From contig NC_043001.1 of NCBI RefSeq assembly GCF_006345805.1, forward strand, positions 8,246,001-8,310,000: a stretch of 64,000 bases of DNA, read 5' to 3'. The position numbers were made by a program, and so were the translations under genes. The notes beneath the pieces were generated by a model. It saw nothing but the letters and a program-made list of their open reading frames with translations, had not been told where the DNA came from and searched no databases. Origin of the DNA: Octopus sinensis. Its lineage: Eukaryota. Position 1 is the first letter of the stretch; every line of letters starts with the position of its first letter. Positions 36,981-50,685 of the stretch are shown here, piece by piece.

Positions 36981-37045
36981 GTTATTATTATTGTTATTAT
37001 TATTATTATTATTAGTAGTAGTATTGTTATTATTATTATTATTAT
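36705..37045. repeat. (TTA/TTG/TAG)n microsatellite
   Basis: Visible directly. Confidence 0.95.
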
Positions 37046-38699
37046 GTGAGTTTTTCTTATGCCGGTCTTTACTATGACTGTGGCATTTTTACTGCAGGGA
37101 ATTGCTGATTTCCTTTGCTGCAACCAAATTGTTGTTCATTTTCGTTTTGCGTCAGATTGCCACGTTCAATAAAGACGCAACTATAAAACCCATTGGCACT
37201 TTTAAGTACTTCAGATCAAATTCAGCAACCTATGATTCCCGTATGTATTTCAATATCTCTCAGTTCTTAATCGGTTGATGTGTGTCTGACCGATTCCAGT
37301 TGTTGTATTAACACTTTCTCTTTCTTTTGCTTTCTCGTCCATCTAAATATTCGCCACTATTTTAAACGCCTTGGCAACAAAAGCCAGAAAATGTTTTGCT
37401 TAAAACCAGTATCACCAGGTTTTGTTTATATTGCTAGAATCTAAAAGCCTTCGCGATTTACTAATCATGTAATACCGAGTATTTGTTGCGTTATTTGTTT
37501 CCTATTTTATTTTCATTGTAGGGGTTTCGCATCATTTATTCGGCTTATTCCTCCTTTGATGTTTATAGTTTATTTTCATGTTGTTCCTCTTCTTTTCTCT
37601 TTAATTTTTAACGAGATGTTTTCTTTTATATTTTTTCACGCCAACGTAAGGGTTGCCTTATGTCGACAAGAATCAAACCCTTTTTACCTCTCTTATTGCC
37701 ATTCCTCTAGAATCGATTTTCAGGAAGACTGTGGACATTGACATATCAGCATGGAATGTCGAGTTAAATTTATATAACCATTCGTAAATTTACCTTTCCG
37801 TTTGTAGGCATTACATTTGTTACTCTTTTAACACTGAATTCTCTAATTATCACTTAAAATTTATTCATTGCGGTTTTGCATATGTGTATTCATGCATGTT
37901 AACTATTGCTGTTATCCATGTGCTTATATTTGTTTTGCTGTTATGCATTAGACTGTTGTTCGTCTTACAAGAAGTGGTTCCGTAATCACTTTGCTTTCAA
38001 TGCTCCGGAGTGAAAAAAAGAAAATGTGAGGTATTCGAACCGATTAAATAGATGCAAGATTAGTATGACTTTAACTTAATCTTCTCCTCCTACAACCGTT
38101 GACTAACTTCATCAAATTTTTGATGCAATTTTTCCTATCGTTTGAAGTGCCTCGACTCGATTAGATCATGTATAGATGAAATTAAATAATTTGGAGGGAA
38201 TAAAAGTTATTATATGAATTCGTGATTGAAGTGTTAAACGTGTCTTTTATACATATGTGTTCAAAGGGCTTTCTCATCTTATTATACAGTTAATTTCTAA
38301 ATTTCTCCCTGTAGTAATGCACATGTATTTATTTAGTCATATTGTTTGTTGACATCTATCACGTAACATTGATCACTTCAATTTACTAATTTTGTTGCAC
38401 AAACTGTCACTTTCAGTTGTTTAAATGTTATTATTTCCCTTATGCCTATGCATCCATTAATTATAGTAATATTTCAATTATTACTTTCAATTTGGCAGAT
38501 TTTGTAACGATATTGTATTCTAATAAATGTTTTTGATATATATAATTAGGCCTCATAATTATTATTATTGCTTCACGTCTCAGAGCACTCGGCTTTCTTT
38601 CGTCTTATCGATTCTGTGAGAGCGGACAACTGCTTGTCAGAGGCCTGACAGGGATTCTTTCCGCAGATTATATGCTTTAATTCTTGGTTTTTAATTATC

Positions 38700-39412
38700 G
38701 TGGAAAACATTCAACATCCACGTCCCAGTCTTAAATCAAAGTCTTCACGTGCAAAATTGTTTTGGGGGCTTGATCCGCTCTAATGTCAATTCTGATTTCT
38801 CTGACATATTTCTCGAACTTGGTTCTTAGTGCTCCAAATGCCCCAACGACTATTGGAATGACAGACGCTCTCCTCATACTCCACATTGTTGCCATTTCGT
38901 TTTCTAGTAATCTGTACTTTTCAAAGTTTTCTAGTTCTTTGTCAGGCATTTCAATATCTATAATCTTGGTTTCCTTTCTTCTACTTATGTGCCACATCAA
39001 TATCTGGTTCCCGAGCATCGATAAGACAGTCACATTAGATTGTAATATCCCACAGTAACTTATATCCCTTGTCCTTCTGGTGCATATTGATACCATTTCC
39101 CTGCTCTGTTTACGCCTTACTTTTCACATATCCTCCAGTGGACGAACTTAACGACGTTATGATGACTCCTTATGTAGAGCCTTCGGGTTAGCTTGCGTCA
39201 CTCACTCACAATATGAGAGATTGTTTCGCTTTTGCTGTCACACGTCCTACAAAGGAGCGATTTTCTGCTCTATTTGGAGCCTAGTGTAATTATTTCTCAG
39301 AGTTTGTTCATGGGCCCTGAATATCAATGCCTCGATGCATCCTTTCAGATAACATTCTCTTAGCCATCTCCAAATGTTGATCTTGTCTTTTCTTTCCATT
39401 ACTCTTTCCAGG
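38700..39412 (-). pseudogene. R4/Dong-like LINE fragment (CCHC knuckle + RLE)
   Basis: CRTCDSKSETISHIVSE* zinc knuckle; KIIDIE..EKYRLL..MW..IPIVVGAFG. Confidence 0.8.
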
Positions 39413-39515
39413 TGATTCTTCATTTTTTATCATTTTCATTATCATCACCATCATCATTATTATCGTCGTCATCATCATTTTCATCATCATCATCATCATC
39501 ACCACCACCACCACC

Positions 39516-39549
<34 letters not shown>

Positions 39550-40769
39550 TTCTTGCTGTTCTTATTATCATTATTATTAGGGCGGGGATTTAGCACAATC
39601 TTTACCATGCCGTAGGAAATGCTAACCGTCATTTCGCCCGTCGTAACGTTATTATTTCCATCCTTTCCTGGTGGTTAAAATAAATACCAGTTGAGCATTG
39701 GGATCGACTTATCCACTCGTCGAAATTGTTGTCCTTGTGGCAAAATTCAAAATCCTTATTATTGCTTACCAGCCTCTGCAGCAGATACATTCTACGAATA
39801 CTCTGCACACATATTCTCTTCTGTTTTTTCCTATTTCTGTTTCAATATTTTATGTGATTTACACTATTCTTACAAATTCTGATTGTTGCCATGAATATCG
39901 ATTACGCCAATGTAAGTTTCTTATGACATTCAGCGACAAAATTCTTCGTATTTTTCGAGGATTTTGGCGAAGATATTTACAAAATGGAAAATCTCAGTTT
40001 TCTATGAGTCTACTATACTTATTCCGATTCCAATAATTCTTCACACATCGGATATGTTTAGTTGTCAGCATTTCCATGACAACAGATATCACTTTAACCG
40101 CCCATTCAAGAATGTCCATAGTCTCCATAGTCTGCTCATATAACCTTCACTTTATTCATACCGTTGACTATGTTCTCATAAATTAATGCTTAGCATATAA
40201 TCGCACAATATTTTATTTTCTTCCTTTCTCTATCTTATATAATTCCTTTGCGTCGCAAACGAACGTTATTATTGTTTTCGGCACATGTTTCATTAACTTT
40301 AAATTACACCTACTACCTAAGCCGAAAGATTAATTTCATGTATCCTAGTGGGTTCCCTGCCATATCTATTGTATCATATGTCATCCCACGCACTCATCTG
40401 AGACGTTAGCTATGCTGTCGTTATTTCTGTTCTTGAGTCATCTCAAAGCGAGTCCTATTCATGTTTAAATCCTAAGATATCATAAATTTATCATATTCTT
40501 TATGTTTTATTTCTAGTCTATTTTCTGCATTGCTTATTTAACAGTAACCTAGGTAGACAGTATTTTGTGATTATATTCCTCTGCACATTCATATTTGTCA
40601 AAAATAATATGCTTATCACACTGCTGCTTATTTCATGGTTTATGCATTTTACCAGCTCGGCTACATATATGTTAATACTTGTAATATATTTCTGCTATGT
40701 TTGGTGACTTAATTTCACGGATTTAATTTTTAATATACAAAATCACTAGTATGCCTCAATGAAGAATCA

Positions 40770-41060
40770 CCCACCAATTTTACCAACGTGGAGTCTCAAA
40801 ATAGAAGCAATTCCTATGATAGTAGGTTCATTAGGTATGATAAAAAATGTTCGGAGAAATACATACGAAAAACAACAAGACTAACAAGAATATATAACAT
40901 ACAGAAAAGAGCACTACTGGGCAATGCATGCATCCTACGTAAATCAATTTCAATACAGTAAAAATAAGGGCATCACAACAAACCACTGCACTTATGCAAG
41001 GCACACAGAGGTACACTCTGTAGTGCAATGATAGCATGTGATAAAAATACTACTATTGCA
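40770..41060 (+). pseudogene. Decayed RLE-LINE 3' end
   Basis: Homologous to 41198-41575 (ATTCCTATGATAGTAGG...CACTACTGGGCAATG). Confidence 0.7.
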
Positions 41061-41142
41061 TAATAATAACAATTATAAAAACAACAACAACAACAAAAGC
41101 AATAACAGCAACAACAACAGCATCATCAACAACAACAATAAC

Positions 41143-41196
<54 letters not shown>

Positions 41197-41197
41197 T

Positions 41198-41575
41198 AAA
41201 AAATGCTTTCTAATTGATGTATCAATACCGGCAGATGACAACGTGTCCCTAAAAGAAATGGAGAAACTTTCAAAATACAAAGACCTGGCAATAGAATGTT
41301 GAGTCTAAAAACATAAACAATTCCTATCATAGTAGGTGCATTAGGCATGATAAAAAAATATTCAGATAAATACATAACAAAAACACCAGGACTTACAAGC
41401 ACATATAACATACAGAAAATTGCACTACTAGGCACTGCACACATCCTACGCAGAACTCTTTCCATACAATAACCATCAGAGCATCACAACAAATCACAGA
41501 ACATACCGAAGGCACACAGAGCTGCGCTCGGTAGCGAAGTGAAAGCACGATATAAAAATATAACTACTGAATGAT
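41198..41575 (+). pseudogene. R4/Dong-like LINE 3' end flanked by (AAT)n on both sides
   Basis: KCFLIDVSIPADDNVSLKEMEKLSKYKDL..PIIVGALG..IQKIALLGTAHILRRTL* followed by a short 3'UTR. Confidence 0.85.
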
Positions 41576-42150
41576 AATAATAATAATAATATTAAGGAAA
41601 TCGTATGATTTTTTACCTCCCTTACTAAACTAAATATCACATTGAATTCGATTTTGCAGCGTTCGAATGTATAAATTATTGAGGAATTAAAGATGTCTCG
41701 TAGTAAGTAGGTGATCTCAAGTGCCATACATATGACTAGAGTATTCTTCCCATTAAGGCTAATTATATATATACCAAAATGAAGACACTTATATAAAACC
41801 TTCTAAATGTAATTTATTTTTAATTGCATTTTGCTTTGAAAAATTACGATATAATTTTAAAGGAATAGAGACAATATGACTCCTGGCCAAAAATATTTAT
41901 GAATTAAAAAATGTTATTCTTTAAATGTTTGTTGATTAATTTTGGCATATATAAATGAAATGACAAATGGCATTATTCCAAGCGTTTTGACTATTTCACG
42001 CATTCGCAGAACCGGGGTTGTTTTGGTTCCAATAGGAAAAAAGAAAGAGGATATTAAAGTGCATGTATGACGTGGCTTGTTAGAATTCAACATATACTTG
42101 TCCAATTCGTTCACTGTCAGCACCTGGTTGTTGCCACTGTTAGGAGATAC

Positions 42151-42372
42151 CTATTTCCTTACTACCCAGAAGGGGCTAAACACAGAGAGGACAGACAGAG
42201 GGATTAAGTCGATTATATCAACCCCAGTGAGTAACTGGTACTTAATTCATCGACTCCAAAAGGATGAACGGCAAAGTCGACCTCGGCTGAATTTGAACTC
42301 AGAACGTAGCGGCAGACGAAATACTGCTAAGCATTTTTCCCGGCGTGCTAACGGTTCTGCCAACTCGCCGCC
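42151..42372 (-). mobile_element. SINE family A
   Basis: Reverse-complement homology. Confidence 0.88.
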
Positions 42373-43272
42373 TTCCTGTTAGAAAATACCATCCAGGAAT
42401 ATTTGTTTATCAAAATACCACTTATTTACAAGAAATTTTTGCATCTGTTTTTATAAACAGGGAAATATTATACAAATCGTCAGATCAATTATGCATGTCC
42501 TGTGTTTGCTATCCTCATGAGTTCGATTTCAATCAAATGCACCTGGCTTTATGTTTTATCCTTAGAGATCTACTCTTTAACAGTGATGACAAGGCTTTCT
42601 TCTAATTATCTTAAATATATCATTAGAAATGCTTAATTTCTGAGCGTGCGATAGAGAGTCAACGGGTATTTCATGTTTATTTATCACGTATTATTAACGC
42701 TTATTTGATTAAAATATGCGGCAGTTAAATAACGACAAATTTTCCACTTCAACGGCATTAATATGAGCGAAAGTTACCTATTCTCCGTACACAAACCAGA
42801 AGTATTAGTTTTCTCTAAACGCTAAATAAAAGCATTCTCATTTTCGACCAGAGTATGTCCCTTTTCCTTGTTCGTCAATTACAATCCAAAATATGTCTGG
42901 TAAATTTGTTTGAAATCCACTACAGAGATTTGAATATTTTGTGAAGTGCTTTATCGAAAGAGAATAACATGTCAATATATATTCGGCTTACCTTATTATG
43001 AATGAGCTATTCTTTACTCTTTCGAAGATACACTTACAGTTTCCATAATATATAAATCTACAAACATTTATATTTGTATCAATCTCTAATATTCTCTCAT
43101 TTGTCTTTTATTCCTTCTAATATATTTATATTTTGTATATTCGATACGTTCTTTCTTCTTGCTTTCTACAAAATATCGATAACGATAACGATCATTGTTT
43201 TTAGAAGAGTATCTTTCTTTGTTGCAATTCTCTCGTCTCACTAATAAATGAAAGCATCATTTAATATGTTGT

Positions 43273-43640
43273 GGAGGCGCAATGGCCCAGTGGTTTGGGC
43301 AACAGATTCGCGGTTGTAGGATCGCAGTATCGATTCCCAGACCGGGTGTTGTGAGTGTTTATTGAGCGAAAACACCTAAAGCTCCACGAGGCTCCGGCAG
43401 TGGGCGGGGTAGCGAACCCTGCTGTACTCTTTCATCACAATTTTCTCTCACTCGTTCTTCCTGTTTCTGATGTACCTGTATTTCAATGGGCCAGCCTTGT
43501 CACTCGCTGAATCTCCCCGAGAACTACGTTAAGGATACACGTGTCTGTAGCGTGCTCAGACACTTGCACGTTAATTTCACTAGCAGGATGTTCCGTTAAT
43601 CGGATCAATTGGAACTCTCGTGGTAGTAACCAACAGTGTA
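43273..43640 (+). mobile_element. SINE family B, long tail
   Basis: Homology to the 26347 copy; flanks CATTTAATATGTT on both sides (TSD). Confidence 0.88.
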
Positions 43641-43951
43641 ACACGATACCATTTAATATGTTCCTTCTTTTATATATATATTATAATAATATTTCGGTAT
43701 TTCATACATCCACTTATTTCGACATTTCCTTTAAAATTCCACCTCCACATTAGTATATCAGAATAGACAGTTCTCAGATGGGGGAAATTTTCAGTGAGCT
43801 TAAACATGTATTATGATTCCAAGATGACAATTCAAATGCAAATCTCCACTTAACCACAATGTTTTCGCCAACCTTGCATTTTATGATTCACTTCAACCAG
43901 TTTTGCTCTTCTCTGCATATATACGTATGTATCACATGTATATACATGTAT

Positions 43952-44032
<81 letters not shown>

Positions 44033-46086
44033 CAATAATGCGAAGTTCAATCATTGGAATATAGGTAAAAAAAAACGTGATCACATTTTCAGCATGAGAA
44101 AAATTGTGCATTGTTTTATTCTCCCACCAAAAGAGAATCTTTTCAATGTGTGAGTAAGTTGCTTGATTTCTTTGTCTGAAAATCCTAGCTTGTTCAGAAT
44201 CTCAGTTAAGCATTTAGTCATAAAGACAATTGCGCTAATTATTGTTCCTATAAATATAAACTATAACCTCTACAGAGAAGCTGGAGATTTCGGAGCAGTT
44301 GTCCGTAGTTATCCCTTTTCTATTTCATTTTCAAAGAGATATGTAGTAATGTATGTATATGTTTCAATTATGTATGCTGGATTTGAAATTAGTCACTTTA
44401 TCATCGATTAGTTCTTTGATAATGAATTATTTATAGAGAAACTGATACATGTGTTAACATACATTTACGTTGTAGTTTACATAAGTTTAAATTTGAAGCG
44501 GTATTTGAAATGGCCCATTATGAATAGAAAACAAGAGGGACACACAAAATATAAAGAACAAACCGAAAGAACTAGAATATACATTAAATAATGCAATGAA
44601 TATCATAATTTCATTAAACTTAAATATGATTAGCAAAAAGTGCACAGAAGTATATATATATACATTGAAGCAAAGAAATACAAAAATAGAATAAATACTA
44701 TCATTTTCAGGAATTTCAAATACCGGATACGTAGAGATCTACCTGCCGTGAATAGTATGCGCAACAACAATTTCTCCTTTCAAAACGGAAGCATCATTTT
44801 TCTATAGATCAGAATATAGCTTAAACCATTTACGTCGATGGTAAACTTTGACAAGAACGCATTAAATGTACTGTAAGAGATAAAGAGTGCACTCTAAACA
44901 TGTTCAGCAATTAGGAGTCTTGAAAGGATGTATGTGATATTATCCTCGCAGCGTCGTATCGGCAAATTCTAATATACGTGGAATGGATATCGTAAGGCTT
45001 GTACCAAGTTCATGCATAGAGTTGCTGTTTTTTAAGCAGTTATATATAATTCTTATTCCATAAGTTCCCATATACTTCTCTAAAAGCGTAAAAGGTTGAT
45101 AGCAAAACCCTATCGCAAAATACACCGATAAAAACAAGATCGATAGTCCCAGATCGTCATGTGATAAAAATTTTGAATATTTTTCTTTAAGGATTTTCTT
45201 GTTTGCATCAGGATTAAATGTGTTGGTGGAAACATTAAACTGATTTATAGAAATGGATGCTATATTGATGCGTATCATAAAAATAATGACACTTGAAATT
45301 ATCAGATATCGCAACCGACTATAAATGCCGCACTCTTAGATAGAGATGAACTAAAATACAACTTACACTAAGAATATATTTGAATATCTTTGCTGAGAAT
45401 TCATAATCACCAATGGCAGCAGGTAAATAATATGAAAAGATAGGAAAAGTACATTGACGTATATAGAATAAGCAGCATGTGTGTGTGTGTGTAGGGGGGG
45501 GGGTACTGAAGTAAAATGAAGAATCATAGCTTATCAAAGAACTTAGCAAATATATACAGGAATTTACCTTGTGGCAAGGAACTGACTTAAACACTCATTG
45601 ATATTATCAAAATCTACTCTTATAATAAATACTGATCTGATGTTAATATTAAACATGGTAATTATAGCTTTGATTTAATCAGTTGTTAGGCACGTCGTTT
45701 TGTCGTTTGTTATATTATGCAGTTATACATATCATGAAAATTGTTTGGCATTCCATATACAAGCATTTATTCTTTTATTCAATCATTCATTCATAACCTA
45801 CATACAACCATACCGTAATTCTATCGTATTACTTGTACAGGTGACTAACTACGTCGGCAATAAATTTGGGAAGATGTGCTGCAGAAAATCAAAATGGACA
45901 TGGCTAATAAAGGCATTGTAGTTGCGTAGCATTGATAGAATTCTTAAAATACGGAAAACGTGTTTAGCATATAATAAATGCATGTACATAACAGTAGATG
46001 TGCAAAAATATGTAAGGTAGGAGAGGTACGTTAACACATGAAATGATATCTATGTCTTCAAATAAGTATAACTGCACGTACATATA

Positions 46087-47228
46087 TCAGGTCATCCCAT
46101 AAGTTCTGTTCGAATTTTGAATAAAAAAAAACAGTTATCAAATGTTATATTTAATTGGAAATTAGTTTCGAACTCCTCCTGGCTTGTGAAAGTTATGTCC
46201 CTCAAATGATTCTGAAAACTACGCAACAAATGGTAGTCAGCAGTAGAAAGGTCGGGAGAATAAGGTGGATGAGGAATTTTTTCCCAACCAAGCTCTTCGA
46301 TCTTCTGTGATGTGATCTTTGCAGTGTGGGATCAGGCATAGTTCTGATGAAACATCACTCCTTTTCGATTCATTAAAGAGGGTTTTTTTTTCAAAGCTTG
46401 GTTCAAACGCTCTGATGCCTGACAGAAGACTTCAGCATTGATTGTTGCATTAGGTGGTAACAAGTGTATTACTCCTTTGCAATCTCATCAAATAGAGAGA
46501 AGAACCTTTTTCCCACGAAGTTCCCTACTCGGTTGTGGTGAGCTTTTTCCCATTTTACCAAGCCACTGTTTACGAAGTTTAACATTTCGATAGAAGAGCC
46601 ATTTTTCGTTTCCAGTAAGAAGTCTATACAAAAAGGATGAAATGAGTTCGCGAAAATGGAAAGAAGAGAGATTTGCGGTTGATTCCGGACAATTCATGGG
46701 GCACATATTTTTCAAGTTTATGAACCTTTCCATCTTGTTGAAGATGACGATGGACAGTTGTATGGTTTGAACAAAACTTTATTTCTAATTCTTCAACTGA
46801 TAATGCAGGAATTTCTTCAAGTAATGCCTCAAGGAGCTTATCATCAAACTCAACTGGGCATCCTGTTTTATCTTCAACTTCAAAGCTGAAATCTCCACTT
46901 CTGAATTTTTGCAAAGCATCTTCTGCAAGTTCTTTCATTCAATCATTCTTTCCCATAAAAACTGAGTGTATTTTTCGAGTCACTTCGGCTGGAGAGTTCC
47001 CTTTTTGTACTCATAAAACATTATGGGCCTCAAATGCTCTTTCGATACTTCCATGTTAGAAAGGGTTTATTTAAAGAGATCTTTATTCTGTAAAATAATA
47101 TTTAATGAGTTTAAATGTACACAAATGCATAAAAATAATTTTTAATTCTATTAGACATTCTAGAATACTATCAAATTTCATTCAATTTTAAAAAGGTAAA
47201 ATCGGTCAGAACCAATGCGATGACCTGA
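46087..47228 (-). mobile_element. Mariner transposon with TIRs and TA target duplication; transposase inactivated
   Basis: TIRs TCAGGTCATCCCATAAGTTCTG and revcomp TCAGGTCATCGCATTGGTTCTG, each flanked by TA; ATG at 47054 MEVSKEHLR..YEYKKG; YVPHEL, LTGNEKW and HPPYSPDL in broken frames. Confidence 0.92.
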
Positions 47229-47286
47229 TATATATGTTTGCATGCTTGTACTAAAAGCTACACATTCTGAGATAAAAACACACAAA

Positions 47287-47318
47287 CACATATATATGTA
47301 TATACATGTATAAGTGCA

Positions 47319-47386
<68 letters not shown>

Positions 47387-47485
47387 TATATATATATATA
47401 GGTATATATATATATATTTACATATATATATGTACATGTATATGTGCCTTCATATCTATATATATATGCGTATATATATATATAC

Positions 47486-47566
<81 letters not shown>

Positions 47567-47567
47567 A
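47287..47567. repeat. (TA)n/(TG)n microsatellite
   Basis: Visible directly. Confidence 0.95.
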
Positions 47568-50195
47568 TAAATAGATGAGTGTATTTTTCCTTGTTTACTA
47601 TTAACACGGAAAAAAATAGATAAATAGTTAGCAGGGTAGCAAAAATTCACACGAGTAAAGAGGCTGTAACTCCTTGTTTTTAAAGGTAGAAACTTCGGGT
47701 TTACGTGGAATTTTTTGTATAATATATAACTAAATAAATGTATATATATATATATATATCACACTAACATCCACCAATTGTTCTGCCTTTATATATGTGC
47801 ACACCTTTCAATATCTTGTATGCGATAAGATCTGTGATTCTTAGGGAAACCTCAAAAGGCATTTTATGATACACAAGGATTAGAACTTAATCTGGTTTTA
47901 AAAGCCACATCAGACGTCGTGATGAATATAAGGCGAAGGTACAAGACGTTTCGTCTGTCAATGTCAGTCAGTGCTCACAAAGAGAATTCCGAAAATATTA
48001 TTCGTCATCTATATAGCACATTCAATCTAGTGTGGAGCTTCATCAGAGTGAATACAAATGCATAAAATAAAAGAAGAGAAGAGGGAAGTGGAGAGGTGGG
48101 GGCTCGAGATGAGGACCGAATGCTCTATATATTAGCATCATGAATATATATATAGATGTATATATATATCCATACACAAGCATTCATATACACTTTTACA
48201 GTTTTACATATGCGTGTTTATTAATGTATGTGCATGTGTGTGTGTGGGGGGGGTTTGGATGTGTCTCTATAGGAACTAAGAAATTAGAAGTAAGTTACAG
48301 CTTGCTTCGTACAAAACAGCTAACGGTCATCTGATGTCCAAAATAATGTCAACCACTTAAATTAACTGAATAACCAAAGTTTCAAATCGTAAGAAAGCGC
48401 TTAAAATATTTTAAATAATAATTTATAAACAAGTTAAACCAATTTACATTCCCAAATACAGTTGCTAACATTACGAGGCCGTAAAGATATTAAGGTTGCC
48501 CCGAGGCATTTCAACAAAGACATGCCACAAACGTAATAGCGGCCCAGCATAGACTTAAATTAAATAACTGCAAACTAGACAACTGTAAAAAAAAATTCCC
48601 AGCAATTATGTACGAAACCAAATGTCATTGGCTCAAGAAATTCATAGTTACGTACATTAGAAAATCAGGAAAATTTAGAATTTCGTAATTATACATATAG
48701 TTTTCTGATATTATACATATAGTTTGTTGAAAGCTTTATAAATGTAAATGTAGGAAATAAAAGGGGAGAAATTTCCCCAAGAACTTAAAATGGATTACTC
48801 GAAAGACAAAATGTTGTTGCAGTATCCAATAACGGAAGAGTATGTGACGACCGATAGACATCCGAGAAATGTGAAAAACAAGACAAACCCTTAGATTAGA
48901 TATGTTCAATAGTTCTTTATAAACACAAAATCTAAGAAACACGAAAACATGCAGCATCATCCATCAGAAATATAATTCCTATCATGAACGACCTACGAAT
49001 TTAAAAGCACTCAAAACACATAAATTAATGAAAACTAAAACGATTTTAGTTCCTAAAAGGGTTTTTTTTACACGCGCCAAACCACCCGCCAATCAAAATA
49101 CTACGCAATAAAAAAAAGCAACCTTTCTTATTGCAGAATCTTAACCAGTCTCATGGAAAGATAGACATGTGATTTGATATTAGGATAAATACTCCCCATC
49201 AGTAGACATTTGGACTGTGCAACGAGAAGGTCGATTGAGGCGTGGGATGTAATTGAGATTCTACACGACAAACAGGGTTAACTTCAAAGGCCTAAATGAT
49301 TGTACACCCTCAACAGATTCCTGATCATATTACTAGAATAACAGCCATAAGTAAATATCTGGAATAGTGCGCCACGAAGAAGGATCTTGATTTAGAAATT
49401 TTCCTACTATACGAATGTATAGGGAACACTTCAATCCAATTCTGAATTTTAAAATTAAACGTTATTGAAGATATGAAAGCCAGAAGTAAATAATCTATAA
49501 GAATATACGATAGAATGAGAAAACTCGGTTTATTCAACTCAACTAAAGACGATTAGAAACCAAGACCAGAAAACTAACGGGTTGCCTTCTACATTTGCAA
49601 CATTATCTTAGACTAGTGTACAGCTACACATTACACATTTCCTAACAGCATTTGATGAACTCACTTTCAGATAACTGGGGCACATAGGTAAAAAGACTTA
49701 TACATTCATATGACTGAAGCATTAGATAAACAAGTGATATCATACGGAACTCAGCCAACTGGAATGCCAGATGTCTGTGGATTCCTATTGGTCAAAAGTG
49801 AACGAAGCAGTTGGTACACAAATTAAGTTACCAAGAAGCAGACCAACCAGAACACTGGACTACAACAAATCCCATGTGCAGTTACTTAGCCACGAATATT
49901 TCCGGACCACAGACGAATGAAAAAAAGAGACGCCACTGAGTTTATAACCAATTAGGATTTGATCGTATAAAACCTATTTATAAAGAACAATTTCAACATA
50001 AAACAGTATAAGATTTTATCAGTAAACCCAACGACGGAGAATTCTCCTTCATGTTGCCCGGAACTAGTAAAAAATTTCGCTCTATCTTCTTTAATTGATA
50101 ATATAACTTATTGCATTAAAAGCTAGTGAACTCTCAACCATGCATTATTGTTATAAAACTCATCGAATATTTAAAATGACTAGTAGTATTGCTAC

Positions 50196-50275
<80 letters not shown>

Positions 50276-50277
50276 CT

Positions 50278-50472
50278 GGGACAAACAAGGACAGACAAAC
50301 GGATTAAGTCGACTACATCGACCCCAGTGCGTAACTGGTACTTAATTTATCGACCCCGAAAGGATGAAAGGCAAAGTCGACCTCGGCGGAATTTGAACTC
50401 GGAACGTAACAACAGACGAAATACGGCTACGAATTTCGCCCGGCGTGCTAACGTCTCTACCAGCTCGCCGCC
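50278..50472 (-). mobile_element. SINE family A
   Basis: Reverse-complement homology. Confidence 0.88.
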
Positions 50473-50568
50473 TTAATATAATATAACAAAGTGGAGTTGT
50501 AAGGTACCGCACGAGCAGTATTATATATGAAAGAATGTCTGAAAATGCAATTGCATTTTCAAACTTAC

Positions 50569-50685
<117 letters not shown>

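Noticed and set aside
47939-48050. Minus-strand CTGATGA...GAAACGTC hammerhead candidate
   Set aside because: Core motifs are present, but I could not find convincing stem I or stem II pairing; at best a decayed relic.
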